Shown here: positions 11,745 through 25,791 of the stretch, piece after piece | Layout: each line of letters opens with the position of its first letter | Numbering within the stretch: the stretch's first letter is position 1 | Assembly: GCF_964355755.1 (NCBI RefSeq) | Contig: NC_092674.1 | Location: forward strand, 15,500,001-15,564,000 | Direction: 5' to 3' | Origin: Antedon mediterranea | Lineage: Eukaryota; Animalia; Echinodermata | Length of the DNA stretch: 64,000 nt | Notes under the pieces: model-generated | The model's database searches: none | The model's input: only the letters and a program-made list of their open reading frames with translations | Told to the model about the DNA's origin: nothing | Position numbers and translations under genes: made by a program

Positions 11745-14700
11745 GTATTGACTTTTACCTATTGTCTAGCACAAACAATGTGTATTTATTTTAATTTCAA
11801 CAATTATTGTATAACAATAATTATTGTATCTATATATAAATTTACGTAAGGGCAAAATTCGGTAAATCGCGCCTTACTTCTAGAATATTTACTCGATGGT
11901 ATATAAAGTTGGTTCGTACTTTCGGTACTGATTTTAACCACATGATGTAACGAATTTAGGTTCAACGATTTGCCCCAAATAGGGGTGTTTTCCGATCGTG
12001 GTATACACTGTATAATGGATGTCCATCTTGAAAAATACTGTCACAAAAATGCGAGGAGGCTTCGCATTTTCCTATCTCCTCCTACGATAATTGTTTTTAA
12101 TAGCTGAAAACCGGTTGAACAGTTAGAGTACAGCATCATAATGTTGAAGACAGGCCGATTTTCTTAAAAAAATACTATTTTGATAGATTTAATATATGAT
12201 TATACAAATGTATTGATTTGCGATGAATGGAACATCCCAATCTCTCAGTCTGTCAGAGTTTGGTTTAACACAAGTAGGTAAATTTATGAGCCCTTGGTTT
12301 AACACATACGGTACGGTAGGTAAATATATGGGCCCTTTGAGAATAAACTTGCAATACTTTGACGATACTGTAAATACCTATTAACTATTTTTGGTCCTCA
12401 TTTGAATCGAACATTTCTTACTGTGAATGTTCGTATACTGTTAGATGTAATTATAAAAATATATACAAATAAACTTTATTACTGAGATTGTGGATAGGCT
12501 CTACTGTTAGATATATAAACACATTATTATATACAAATAAACTTTATACTGAAAGTTCGTTCTCAACGTTTATATTAATTAATAATTACCAAAAATATAA
12601 ACGTCGTAGTAGTGTATCGTGACATGTACTTTAATATTTCAATCGATTATGACAGTGACAGTTTTAACAAAGTATTAAATCGCAAATGTTTTACTGTATT
12701 TAGAGGTATATTATTTATAGGCCTATAAAACATGAAAAAAATATTTCGTTACTGAGTGGATAAAGAATATATTTAAAAATTGTTCCTTTGTGTACTTATC
12801 CGCTTTCCCATCCCTCAACCCTAATGTTACATACAAAACACAAATTGGGTTTCTTTAAATGAGTCCAAATAAAAAATCTGGACTCATTTTGTGATAAGTT
12901 TCTCCTTCGGAAGTAATTCCCAGGGTGCTAATTTTAGTTGACTACATAAAACATCGTGTCTATTTATTCGTTCCTGTAAACGACAATGTATTATAGTCCT
13001 GCGGTACGTACATTTGAAATCGCCAGTTTTGTTACGCTGAAATTACTACGTATTCGAGAACCATCTGTGGGCACGACCTAGATGGTACGCGAGCGAAGCG
13101 TCCTACAAAGACCATCTAAGTAGTAGGTAGAACATTGCGATATGGTGTGAAAGGTACCGATCTCTTCCATTGGTGTATATAAATGGCATATCTTCAATAT
13201 CTCTAATATTATACTTTGCATACACGTTCCTCGCGTAACATTTATGATCGCATTTTTTAAAGATAATTTCATTGATCAATTAAATCGATTTATTCATAAG
13301 CACACGCTTTAGATGAACATAACCGTATAAAAAAGTCTAGTTTTCGAGAAATTACAAGGCAGGGGCGCTGCAAGTCATAGCCAGACCGTCAAATAAGATT
13401 AACAATCTATGAAAGGAGATCAATTTTTCATGATTTCTGCCTTAATTGCGTAGGAAAAAAAATAATGCGTACCGGCCCAAGTAATTTTACATACGATCTG
13501 TACAAGGCATTACAAGTATAGGCTAACTTTAAAGGTATTTCTTATTTTATTTGTAGGTTTGCGAGGGTGATACAATTCGGGTGAAACTTAACAACCAACT
13601 CCAGGATCATGGTGGACTAACAATACATTGGCATGGACTGCATCAAGTTGGTTCAAATTGGATGGATGGTGTTTCAATGGTAACGCAGTGTCCTATACCG
13701 CATGCTACATCTTTTGTGTATGAATTTCTCGCAGACCCAGCTGGCACGCATTGGTGGCATGGTCACTCCGGATTATACAGAGCTGACGGCATATATGGCT
13801 CATTGATTATTAGAAAACCCATAGAGAAAGAAAACAATTGGTATCTTTACGATCTGGATTTACCTGAGCACACAATTCTACTCACAGAGTGGCAGTTAAA
13901 TACAGGATTAGAATCATACCTTGCACAAACGACTTCAAGTTTGCCAAGTGAATTTGACCAGACGATTTTGGTCAATGGAAAGAGTAGAGGGCGTAAGTTT
14001 TTGGATAGTGACGGAAATGTTGTTTATACGCCGCGTTCTGTTTTTCACGTAAAACCAGGTTTACGGTATCGGTTTCGTGTCATCAGCAGCGCCATCGAAG
14101 CATGTAACATTCAAATATCTGTAGACGGCCACTTTATATGGATTGTAGCAACGGATGGATCAGACGTTAAGCCGATAAAAGTCGATTCGTTTATCATTGG
14201 ATCCGGTGAAAGGTAAATGCATGCAATTGTTTTTACACAATATGTACATTATGTATATGCAATAATAATAATAATAATAACGATAACAATGAAAAAAATA
14301 ATACTTGATTTTATATTGATTTATTGATTTCAATGCATTCAAATTTATTTCATTACCTTTATTTCTAGGTATGATTTTGTGATAGCTGCATCTTCTATAC
14401 CTAGATCATATCTAATACGTGTTGAGGGGTTATCTGTTTTATGTAATACTTCCAGTGAGGCACTGTTATGTTATCGCGATGCACCTTGTATCGATCCCAC
14501 ACCACCAACACATTCATGGCAGTCTAAAAGCGTATTCTCCACATTTCCTGTTGAACACAATATGTTTAAATATCGAAATGGAATTTCGGATGTCTTGAAT
14601 TTATTTGATACTCATGCGTTAGGTAAGTACTGCTTTAACTTTGATGCTCAACTTGGACTTATCATAATAAGACAGTATCACAGCTTACTACAATGATGCT

Positions 14701-17700
14701 CAACTTGGACTTATCATAATAAGACAGTATCACAGCTTAGGTAAGTACTGCTTTAACTTAGATGCTCAACTTGGACTTATCATAATAAGACAGTATCACA
14801 GCTTAGGTAAGTACTGCTTTAACTCGGATGCTCAATTTGGACTTATCATAATAAGACAGTATCACAGGTTAGGTAAGTACTGCTTTAACTTTGATGCTCA
14901 ACTTAGACTTATCATAATAAGACAGTATCACAGCTTACTACAATGATGCTCAACTTGGACTTATCATAATAAGACAGTATCACATCTTACTACAATGATG
15001 CTCAACTTGGACTTATCATAATAAGACAGTATCACAGCTTACTACAATGATGCTCAACTTGGACTTATCATAATAAGACAGTATCACAGCTTACTACAAT
15101 GATGCTCAACTTGGACTTATCATAATAAGACAGTATCACAGCTTACTACAATGATGCTCAACTTGGACTTATCATAATAAGACAGTATCACAGCTTACTA
15201 CAATGATGCTCAACTTGGACTTATCATAATAAGACAGTATCACAGGTTAGGTAAGTACTGCTTTAACTTTGATGCTCAACTTGGACTTATCATAATAAGA
15301 CAGTATCACAGCTTACTACAATGATGCTCAACTTGGACTTATCATAATAAGACAGTATCACATCTTACTACAATGATGCTCAACTTGGACTTATCATAAT
15401 AAGACAGTATCACAGCTTACTACAATGATGCTCAACTTGGACTTATCATAATAAGACAGTATCACAGCTTACTACAATGATGCTCAACTTGGACTTATCA
15501 TAATAAGACAGTATCACAGCTTACTACAATGATGCTCAACTTGGACTTATCATAATAAGACAGTATCACAGCTTACTACAATGATGCTCAACTTGGACTT
15601 ATCATAATAAGACAGTATCACAGCTTACTACAACAACTACAACAACAACTAGTCTGCATTTTATTTAAGAAGCTTTTCAAAACGGAAAACGACAAGTTCT
15701 ATTTTGAAACAAAAATAAGTGAAAATAAATAAATTGCGTTTTCCTGAATTTTAAACTTTATTAGAAATTGTCTACATTGAAATAAAAATGGTCAGCGATC
15801 ATTTTTCAGCTGGGAAGACGTAACCGAAGCATTGATACGAGGCTAAGAAATAAAGCGAAAAACCCCATCAAAGCGCAGGAATATTCTGCATATTATTTTA
15901 GAAATTTTGAACGAAAAAATTACAAATTCGTACTAATTATCGAAACGAAAAATAAATCTCAATAGGCCTACTTCAAAATCAACATTTTCCAAACTTGTAC
16001 ACTGAAAAGGCCCTCCCGAAAAAATTAATTAAATAATGACTTTTTTTGAAATGACAGTTTTAATACAAAAAGGACTACAATTGAAATCATGATCTTTTTT
16101 CAAATGCGTATGTGATTTTAATATATAATTTCCTTGTACCGGCGGTATCGTGTATTTATCTCTCTACTTTGTTATTTCCACAGAAGAAATGGATCCGGAT
16201 TTGGACTATGTAGATTCACGGCATTACTTTCTGTTTTCATTTTTTACAAACACTGTTACAAATGCAAACAATGGGAACAATTTCACATTTTCAATACCGA
16301 AAATCAACAGAGTGGGCTACTCAATTCCAGAAACACCAGTATTATTAAAAATGCCAGAGAAAATATGTGAGCCGCACCTTAATACTACTCTGATGGAAGA
16401 ATGTGAATTTAGCAATTGTTATTGCACAAATATCGTAAAATTAAAACTAGGAGAGGTAAGTTCAACCATGATTTCTTCATACACTGCAAAATATATGCGT
16501 AGTTTTCCCCATAAAGTGGCTGCCACTAATTAGTGGAGTAAACTTTGATTTCCCCCTTTGCGAAAGTGGATGTTTCCTCGGCCAGGCAAAACTAAATTTA
16601 CCTAAATATTTAGTGAAATGTTTTTTACACCAGTTTTTGGTGGCAGCAAAGTAGCAACCAACTATTTGGGTGATCTGGTTACACCAAAATGTGGATTCAA
16701 GTTGGTTTTTCTTAAAAAACAGAAACAAATAGAACTATAATTTAATTCGTCACTTTGACGAATTATAGGTGATCATTTTTATCATTTTACTGAAATTAAT
16801 TTGTTTTAAACATGCACGTACGTTAACATACGATCGGAAATTGTTGATGTATGCCATCCTATTATATGCTTATACTGCTGAGTTGTGCCTATTGTATGCC
16901 ATATACATTATGTACAGTGTACCGTTGCATATGTAAAATTACGGGACACACATCATGATCTAATTGTTTGGTATGATGGAATTATCAAAATAAACTCGAA
17001 GATGACAATTTTGAAAGATAATGAATTGAGCAAATAAATATAAGAATTGGAAGAGAATTTGGCAATATGATCATTTTATTCTAAATGATCACCTAAAAAT
17101 AAAGATTTCATACAATAACAATAGGTGATCATTTAGAATAAAATGATCACCTAAATAGATTTTGCATTATTTTTAATAATCTTATTTATCTTTTATTTTA
17201 TTTTATCTCTTAATCCATTAGGTATTTTGAATAAGAATGTATAACTATAAGTACAAATATAGGCCTAAACATGACCCTAACGGTTTAGAATAATGTACAG
17301 TATATATATATATAACTTTATTCACAATCTCAGATAATACAAAGTACATGCAAAATTAATTGAGGTTGTGAACGGGGTTAAGCTGTAAGCTAATGCTTTA
17401 GACGCAAAGCCCCTTAAAACGAGAAAAAAACAAAAACAAACAAACAAAATTGAAATTGAAATAGATAAATAATTAAATAAATAAATAAATAAAAACAGTA
17501 TAATGTACCATATTAATTGTAACGATAAAAATACTAACAATGGAAATAATGCAGTGATAATAACAAATCAAATGTCGAGAGAAAATTAATTAACCAGTAG
17601 CTTAAAAATAAAGATAACTGAGTTGTATTAGTTCAAGGTTCAAAAGGTCATCTAATTACACTATATACAATTTTAAAATAACTCTCAAAACATCAGGTAT

Positions 17701-20700
17701 TTTTAACAAGAATGTATTTAATATAAATATGACCCTAAATATTCAGAATGATGCAATTAAGTTGTATGGGGTCAAAGTCAAATGTCATCTAATTATGCCA
17801 TATAAAATATGCTAATTATCTCTCAAAACATCAGGTATTTTGAACAAGAATGTATTTAATAGCAATATACAGTAATATGTTCTTATGATTTGCATTTGAT
17901 TTGTATTGGGTCAAGATAAAATGTCATTATCTTACAATATAAAATACTCTAATTATGAAGTGAATTCATTTAAATTTGGATGATGTACCTATGAACAAAT
18001 CATATCAATTTTGAAAAGCTCATTTGAGTTAACTTCAGGGATCAGACTATTAGGAAAGGTGTTTTAATTGTAAGGAATTACATTTATTATATTTGGTTTT
18101 TTTTTTAGATTATAGTACACTATGCTAAAATATGTCACACAAAAACTGTCAATCCTGGCTGGTTGTGTGAAGTGTTTAAACTGAAATTATGGGAAAGTTT
18201 GGAAACACCTTTACCCTTACAAAATGTGTAACTGTGAAAAATGGAGGTCATGGGGTTCAAACAGTAACCGACCACTTGTTAAACAATAAAACCTGACCCT
18301 AACATTGGGAAAAGTTAAGTTGTACTAACGCGACAGTCACCATACCGCATACTTTCCGCTTGTAAATTGAGGGTAATACAGTTCTCGCGGTTTTGGGGAA
18401 AAATTTCCTGGGGAAATTTTACCTCTTTCGTAGTGTAACCGTCATTTATCCAACCCATGCCGAATGAGCAAAAATTGCAGATGGCATGCTTTTTTCTTTC
18501 AACTCAATTACTGTATTTTTTAATATTTATTTCAGATTTCTCTATATACAGTACAAATATACTTTAAAAATAAAAGTTAGCAAAACATTCAAACTATGTA
18601 TATAAAAATATCGTAAAAAAATAATGGGCAGTAGGCCTACAAAAAACAAACTGAAACACTAGGTAAAGTGTAATTTGTAAATTGTAAAGGAAGCAATAAA
18701 TATTAGGTATAAAAAGTTATCCATTTTTAGTATTGACTCATATGAGTGTACATAATGAAATAAAAATACTACACTTCAATATCCGTAGCATGAACAAAAA
18801 TGTTGACCACATCTATAATTCTTTTTCACGCTGCTGCTCTAGCCCGCTACGTCCCATTAGGACTACTCAATCAGAAGCTAAAGCAAGCAGCAGTTATAGT
18901 TCTAAGGACGACAGTTTTGCGGAAATGGAAACTCCACTATAATTTATAGATTTCCAGCTGCTACTGTATACCCAAGAAACGTCTGGGAAAAGAGTCTATT
19001 AGGATATGTCATGCTAAAATTACAAATCCCAAAGGATTTCTGGTATTTATGACTTTTGACTGTAATTCACTGTCAGATATTCATTGAATTATTATCGAAA
19101 CAGTCCATTAAAGTTTGTGTTTGTAATAGGATACTTCACACTTGAAATATCTAGGGTGATGAAGTGACCCCCAGACTTGACCTTAGCAATGAAATTAACT
19201 AAAGTGACAGAAATTGAGTATTCACTTTAAACAAAAAAATAATATTTATTCACATATAAAAAGAGAAAAGAAACCCAAAAACCATTGTCAAACAATTTAA
19301 GTATTTGTTGCTTTGAATTACATTTTTTTCAAGTAAAATAACTATTATGTGACAATAAAATGACACATTCAAAAACATTTGAAATAAAAAAATATTTTTC
19401 AATAAGCGAGCAGCGTTTTTTGTAAGAAATATTTCTTTATTTCTTCTTTATTTTTATTATCACATATTGATTCTATTCCTACACTTATTTGTCTCACCGA
19501 AACTTGGCTATTTGATTCTTTACATAAACTTTACTCACTCCCTGTAGTCAGTGTCCTCATGTAATTCCGTAGGAATTTAATGCCCAAAGTGAGATTTCAC
19601 TTGATTTCACTTTATTATGGTGCTAGGATACCAAAAATGTTAGGTAACAAATTTTCACGATCCCGTAACCATGGTAACAGCTCCAAATTCAAAATGGCGA
19701 CCAAATGGCCATATCTCCATAACCCTTTGGTCTATTGACAAGATATTGGCATCAAAATACTCGGAATATATATATTTATATTCGTTGTAATAGAACATTT
19801 TTCTGCTCTATTGACCCTTGACATTGACTCGAACTGTATCTAAAAAACGGCTGATTATAGAAATTTAAAATGGTCTCAAATTGCTCAGACCATACATATT
19901 TATATTTATTTTAATGGAACATTTTGTTAGAAAATAACCGGAAGTAAAGTTATTGACCTTTGACCTAATAAACATGAACTTTATGTACACAAGCATTTAT
20001 CTATTTGAGCATGTATAGTCAATTGTTTGTGGTAGGGATTAAAAAAATGAGTTTATACATATTACCATCATTTGAATATTTAATTTCTAATCACATATTT
20101 AGTTTTTATATATTTTATAAATAGTATATACTTTATAGTGTAAGCACATTTATCTATGTAAACAACTTTGGACAATAGTAAAAATTACAGCAGAAATTCA
20201 TTCATTCATCTACTTCACTAAAATGACGTAGCCAAATTGATTCTTCCTGCACTTTTCCTAAAATGTTAATTGCTATACCTTTTACATTTTGGAGCTCCAA
20301 GAAACTGGAGCTCCAAAATTGGATTAAAACATCTTTAATTACATCAGTACTATGCATTTATTGTGTCAGCATCCTTGTTGCCATTAAGACAGTCAAGGAG
20401 TGAGAGTGGTTGATTCTTCAACTTTTGTAGCTTTAATGCTTGAAACATTTTCATATAATGGAGGTTTCTCATACATTGAACTGCTGCCGGCCATACATTA
20501 TTACGTGGTTAGACGTTCCTTGATTTTTCTTCTTAGATGTTTCGAGATATGAGAAGCAATTTTTCAATGCTAACATTGACTGCCATTTTGTGATATCGCC
20601 AAGCCAACGGACCAATTTAAGGAGTGAGATTGTTAGAAGTGACCAAGAGGTTTTTGATGTATACAGCATCTTATGATTTTATCTCCTTCAAGCTACTAAA

Positions 20701-23700
20701 TGTTTTTAGTTTCATTTTCATTTCAGGTAGTCCACAACAACCAGACTTTGCTCACAAACTTCAAAAAGCTTCAACTCCTTTTTTTATTATCTCTGTTTAA
20801 GATATATTTCTTTACTTCGTTTGAAATTATTACTAAGACAAAGTTTAAAAAAAGTGTTGATTTTGTTATGAATGTATTTTGATGAAATCTTGAAGTATTT
20901 GTGTGTTTTGTGTTGAAAAGTGAGTTCGATGGGATATCTAGTTCGATTTCCTCCTCCTAAGTAATGCCAACAAGATCACCAACCCATTTTAACTGGTTTT
21001 CCTTCTGTTCTAGAGCCTGATCCGGGTAAAGAGCACTATTTCTTTACATTCAAATTAATTACATTCTTTTATTCACTGTTATTGGGTCATCTACATCAAG
21101 CCAAGCTGGTCATTTGTGTGTTAGATGGCAATGTATCAGACGAGCATATAAATAAAAACCAGTCATGGGCAAAACAAATCTGCAAGATACCTTTCTAATA
21201 TTATAGGTTATAATTACCATCAAATCTCACTCTGACATTTACTACTTTTAGCTAAATCAGAAATCTTCAATTAATAAGTTTATAGAGGTTCAAAATGGCA
21301 ATTGAAAACAATATTTGAAAATGTGAGTTTAGAAAAGAACTGAATGCATAACACAATTATCCTAGTGAACGCCAGGCTAGTGATCTGGAGGTTGTTGTCC
21401 CACATTACTTAAGTATTAATGATGTATTCTTAGTAAAAGTGAAAATTACGTCATAGTAGGGCCAAAATATCTGACCAATATTTATCTATTCTTGTAATGT
21501 AAATAGCTAATATTCTCTATGTCAATGGTGAATAACTTTACTTCCGGTCATTTTCTTACAAAAAGTATTACAATAAATATAAATATGTATTGTCTGAGCA
21601 ATTTGATACCATTTTTAAATTTCCATGACCAGCCGTTTTTTAGATACAGTGCAAGTCAAGGTCAAGGGTCACTAGTAAAAAAAAGGCATTTCCGGTTACA
21701 TTTAGTAAAAAAGGTCTATTACAACGAATATAAATATATTTATTCAGAGTATTTTGATACCAATACCTTGTCAATAGACCAAAGGGTTATGAAGATATGA
21801 CCAGAGACTACGGAATAAAAATCCTTGCAAGCTATTCTCTATGTCAAAGGTCAATAAATTTGCTTCCGGACTTTTTTAACAAAATATTGCATTACAATAA
21901 AAATAAATATATAAGGTCTGAGCAATTTGAGACCATTTTAAAATTTCTATGACCAGCCATTTTTAAGACTAGATGGTACGCTCGCTTCGCTCGCGTACCA
22001 TCTAGGTCGTGCCCACAGATGGTTCTCGAATACATAATGATTTCAGCGTTAAAAAACTGGCGATTTCAAATGTACAATAATGCAGGACAATAATACATGT
22101 CGTTTACAGGAACGAATAAATAGACACTGTGATTTATGTACTCAACTAAAATTAGCACCCTGGGAATTACTTCCGAAAGAGAAACTTGTCACAAAATGAG
22201 ACCAATTGTTTTAAAAGTCAGATTTAAGCAAACTTATTTTGTGTTTTGTATGTAACATTATGGTTGAGGGATGGGGAAGAGGATGGGTGCAAAGAGGAAC
22301 AATTTTTAAATATATTCTTTATTTTGTAACGAAATATTAATTGTTTTCATGTTTTACAAATAATATACCACTAAACACAGTAAAACATTGCGATGTAATA
22401 CTTTGTTGAAACTATCACCGTCGTAGTCGATTGAAATAGTACAGTACATGTAACGATACACTATGACGTATGTTTATATATAATGTTAAACAATTTGTGA
22501 AAACCACCTCTATTCGGGGAAAATCATAAATTCGATTTAATCGTATTAAATTATCTAACTCAACTTAATTAGTAGGCCTAATGGTTTTCAATTGTTTCTT
22601 AGAGCCAATTCATAATTAAGTTGGTTCCTACCCTACCCACCAAAGTTGTTCTGCGTTTAGGGCATGTGATGCACCGTATAGGCTTATCCTCTACTGGCTT
22701 TACAACGCTACTCATGCCAGTGAGGGAAGGGTGATGTGGGTATAATAAAGATTTGTACATAATATACGGCGACTGAAAACGCTAGCTCATTATCCGTTTA
22801 AAAAAAATGATATCCAACCTCTTTAGAACAGATTGGAAAAAAAATGGATCGAATTTCTGTTATGAGTATACAGTACTTGCCTTTACGACGCCTGAGGGAA
22901 TAGACACTTGTGTAACAGAGATTGGAATGTTCCATTCATCGCAAATCAATACAATTATATAAACGTATATTAAATCTATCAAAATAGTATTTTTTAAAGA
23001 AAATCGGCCTGTCTTCAACATTATGATGATGTACTCGAGCTGTTCAACCGGTTTTCAGCCATTAAAAACAATTATCGTAGGAGGAGATAGGAAAATGCGA
23101 AGCATCCTCGTATTATTGTCTTCGGGTATTTTTCAAGACTGACATCCATTAGACAGTGTATACCACGATCGAAAAACACCCCTATTTGGGGCAAATCGTT
23201 GAACCTAAATTCGTTTTAATTATCAATAACTAATATCTAACTCAATTTAATTAGTAAACAGGGTTACATCAGGTGGTTAAAATCAGTACCGAGATTCTAA
23301 CCAACTTTATATACGATCGAGTAAACATTCTAGAAATAACGCTCGATTTACCGATTTTTGCCCTTACGTAAATTTATATATAGATACAGTACGAGTCAAG
23401 GTCAAGGGTCAATAGTACAGAAAAAAAGCATTTCCGGTTGCATTTAGTAAAAATATTCTATTACAACGAATATAAATATATATATTCCGAGTATTTTGAT
23501 ACCAATATCTTGTCAATAGACCAAAGGGTTATGGAGATATGGTCATTTTGTCGCCATTTTGAATTTGGGGCTGTTACCATGGTTACGGGATCGTGAAAAT
23601 TTGTTACCTAGCATTTTTAGTATCCTAGCACCATAATAAAGTAATATCAAGTAAAATCTCACTTTGGGCATTAAAATCCTACGGAACCCCTATTTTCATA

Positions 23701-25401
23701 CATGAGGAACCTGACTACTGGCTATAATTTGCTAACAAACAGTATACCTGGCGATCTACGTGGTGGTGTTGCAATATACAGTCGCGTGCTCAAATTTGAG
23801 TTAGTGTCTACCGACCGACCAACCGACCGACATAGCGAGCTGTAGAGTCGCGTTTGCACGTAACTAACAATTTTAATTCTGTCGCCTGTTTACTCTTTTG
23901 GCTTGTGAAATATCTTCTTGAAGTTACACTTCTCTACTAAATCGATCTCAATTATATGAAGGAGGTTGATAATTATTTGAAAAATAACATAAGAAAATTA
24001 TAATTATAATTAAATTTAAGTCTTAAAAAGAAAAGCATTATAATATATAAATTATCTTCTTTAAACGCTTAAAAAAAATATTCGGATTGATAATACGATA
24101 TCCTTCCTTAGCTACCTATTGTATATATTTTCGACATTACATTACCAATCAATTTAACAAAAAAAAAATAATGTGTAGGCCTACTGCACAGTAGTTTTAT
24201 TTTATGGAAAGGAAATCATACTCTCCACTTCCTCCAGACCCCGCATATCAAATAACAATAAAATAATAACAATAACAATAAATGTGGACTATTAACCGCA
24301 TAGCATACATACATCCTCTATGCGCTTCACATAAAATAAAAGTAATTCATGAAATAAATAAAATAAAAATGAGCAATTTAAAATGAGAATGACAGGCTAT
24401 AAAATATATAAATGTATTATTGTATTCTTATTCATAATTCTGCATAGGTTGTAGAGTTTGTTATAGCTAACTTCAAGAGTGAAAGACTTTCAGTTGATCA
24501 TCCAACACATATCCATGGTCAATCCACTCGTATTGTTGGTCTTGGAGTATTCAATGGTACACCACCACAGTCTTTAGAAGAGGTTGTGCAACTTGACAAA
24601 AAAGGTAACAATACAATGCTTTCTGGCATAGAGGAAAAATGCATTTTCTGACATGTTTCAGTAAATAATATTGAAAAGTTAATATACCCCAAACTTGACA
24701 AGATATGGAATTCATTTTTACCCTTATAAAAACCGCGAGTTTCAATATACTGTATTTCCATTATGCGCCTACATGTTCTTTTATTATACTAATGTTATAT
24801 TTACCTTTATAGGAAATTTAACAAGAATTCATGCTAAAGATGCTGTTATAAAAGATACCGTGATAATACCGACCAATGGTTATGCAATCATGAGGTGGAA
24901 AACTACTAACCCGGGTATATGGTTTTTTCATTGCCATATAGAAACCCATTTGGAGGTGAGCACGGTATTATATTCAACAATTTTACCACATTTAGTCTAT
25001 TTAAAGGATTGTTTGTTCCTTCTTATTTATCTATGATTATTAAAAAATGGCACTTGAGTCTAACCACATATAGTATACATAAACCTACAAGCAATGAGAA
25101 ATACATTGATTGTTATATTGAAATATCCGAGTATCAACCAATTTGGCTCTTATTTGACCTGGTTTTTGCATAATTTGATTATACGTTGTTATTATTATAA
25201 TAAGGAAATCACATTGTTATTTATTTCTTGAATTTGTGATAGAGCATAAAGATCTGCATCTTATTTATTCATCTTCATTCATTTGTATTAATTTCACAAT
25301 AGGATGGAATGGCGATGGTATTGCAAGTAGGGGAAGAAGACGATATTCAAAAACCGCCGAAGGATTTCCCAACCTGTGGATCATGGCCAAAATTTGGTTG
25401 A
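11422..25401 (+). CDS. Multicopper oxidase (laccase-like) gene A, spliced: join(11422-11744,13557-14212,14369-14622,16184-16455,24448-24604,24813-24955,25303-25401); 622 aa from ATG 11457; upstream exon not identified
   Basis: All introns GT-AG and phase-compatible; copper motifs HWHG, WWHGHSG, HPTHIHG, HCHIETHLEDGM; Cys-rich N-terminus (CYRTC...CFDCP); C-terminus PPKDFPTCGSW. Confidence 0.92.
11829..13120 (+). mobile_element. Non-autonomous Helitron family A copy 1 (intronic)
   Basis: a|TCtatatataaatttacgtaaggg start; degenerate 3' hairpin ctagatggtacgcgagcgaagcg...accatctaag; homologous to four other copies. Confidence 0.8.
13557..14212 (+). CDS. Laccase A exon (cupredoxin domain 1 and start of domain 2)
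   Basis: ttgtag|VCEGD...TIHWHG...MDGVSMVTQCPI...GTHWWHGHSG...YRFRVI...GSGER|gtaaat. Confidence 0.95.
14369..14622 (+). CDS. Laccase A exon
   Basis: ttctag|(R)YDFVI...YLIRVEGL...THAL|gtaagt; phases match neighbouring exons. Confidence 0.85.
14618..15633. repeat. Intronic minisatellite of 52-bp and 66-bp units with a 378-bp higher-order duplication
   Basis: Unit gatgctcaacttggacttatcataataagacagtatcacagcttactacaat; the 66-bp variant contains ttaggtaagtactgctttaactt; a cacatcttac variant recurs 378 bp apart. Confidence 0.95.
16184..16455 (+). CDS. Laccase A exon
   Basis: ccacag|EEMDPDL...PKINRVGYSIPETPVL...CYCTNIVKLKLGE|gtaagt; homologous to gene B exon 53540-53856. Confidence 0.88.
16514..18945 (-). 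mobile_element. Putative Helentron-associated element (third family)
   Basis: Short inverted subterminal motif tagtggagt at 16531 and actccacta at 18931-18939; hairpin agtggctgccact adjacent to the left motif; interior has repeated ggtcaa/catctaatta blocks. Boundaries tentative. Confidence 0.4.
19545..23717. mobile_element. Academ-type non-autonomous DNA transposon in laccase A intron
   Basis: TAG...CTA termini (tagtcagtgtcctcatgta / tacatgaggaacctgacta), 3-bp TSD ctg both sides, >400-bp inverted arms; right arm has a duplicated block and a Helitron insertion; interior looks like decayed coding sequence that I could not identify. Confidence 0.7.
21969..23384 (-). mobile_element. Non-autonomous Helitron family A copy 2
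   Basis: On - strand A|TC...CTAG|T with perfect terminal hairpin; flanks rejoin as ttttaaga|tacagt, matching the uninterrupted duplicate at ~21637-21650; no TSD. Confidence 0.88.
23735..23870 (-). mobile_element. Miniature DINE-1-like element related to family 1
   Basis: acgcgactctacagctcgctatgtcggtcgg head, GTCG repeats and gcacgcgact subTIR on - strand. Confidence 0.5.
24448..24604 (+). CDS. Laccase A exon with HPxHxHG motif
   Basis: gcatag|VVEFVIANF...DHPTHIHGQS...QLDKK(G)|gtaaca; not in the ORF track, translated by hand. Confidence 0.92.
24813..24955 (+). CDS. Laccase A exon with HCH motif
   Basis: ttatag|...KDTVIIPTNGYAIMRWKTTNPGIWFFHCHIETHLE|gtgagc. Confidence 0.95.
25303..25401 (+). 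CDS. Laccase A last exon
   Basis: caatag|DGMAMVLQVGEEDDIQKPPKDFPTCGSWPKFG*; supplies the T1 axial Met. Confidence 0.92.
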   Translation, partial: DGMAMVLQVGEEDDIQKPPKDFPTCGSWPKFG

Positions 25402-25791
25402 ATGAATAATTGTTGAAGCTTGGTCATTTAGGTATATTTATTCATAAAAAGACATCAAAATACAACGGCAGCCAAAAGGCTGAAAAGTAGTATTTTACAA
25501 AATTTGATAAAAATATATAAATACATTATGTATAAAAGGTAAAACTAGTTTAAAAAAAAAAAAATAATAATAATTTACCACATTAAAATTGGTCCACCTG
25601 TAAGTTAAAATAGTGCCAGCCTATTCAATATTCATCATTAATGAGTCGGACTAAAAAAGGGACTGGTGAAGATCTAAATCTTTCTGTACGACCAAACGGG
25701 ATTTTGAGTAGAGGCTTACTCGCAGACCTCAGGGTTCTGCTAATGTCACGAACAGGTGGAAGAATGCTTCTAAATGTATCGGACTTTATTA

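Noticed and set aside
14618-15633. Regular repeat array resembling a CRISPR
   Set aside because: Units are contiguous with no unique spacers, there are no cas genes, and it lies in a eukaryotic intron.
18733-18815. IKILHFNIRSMNKN resembling a LINE endonuclease start
   Set aside because: Only about 20 codons with no continuation.
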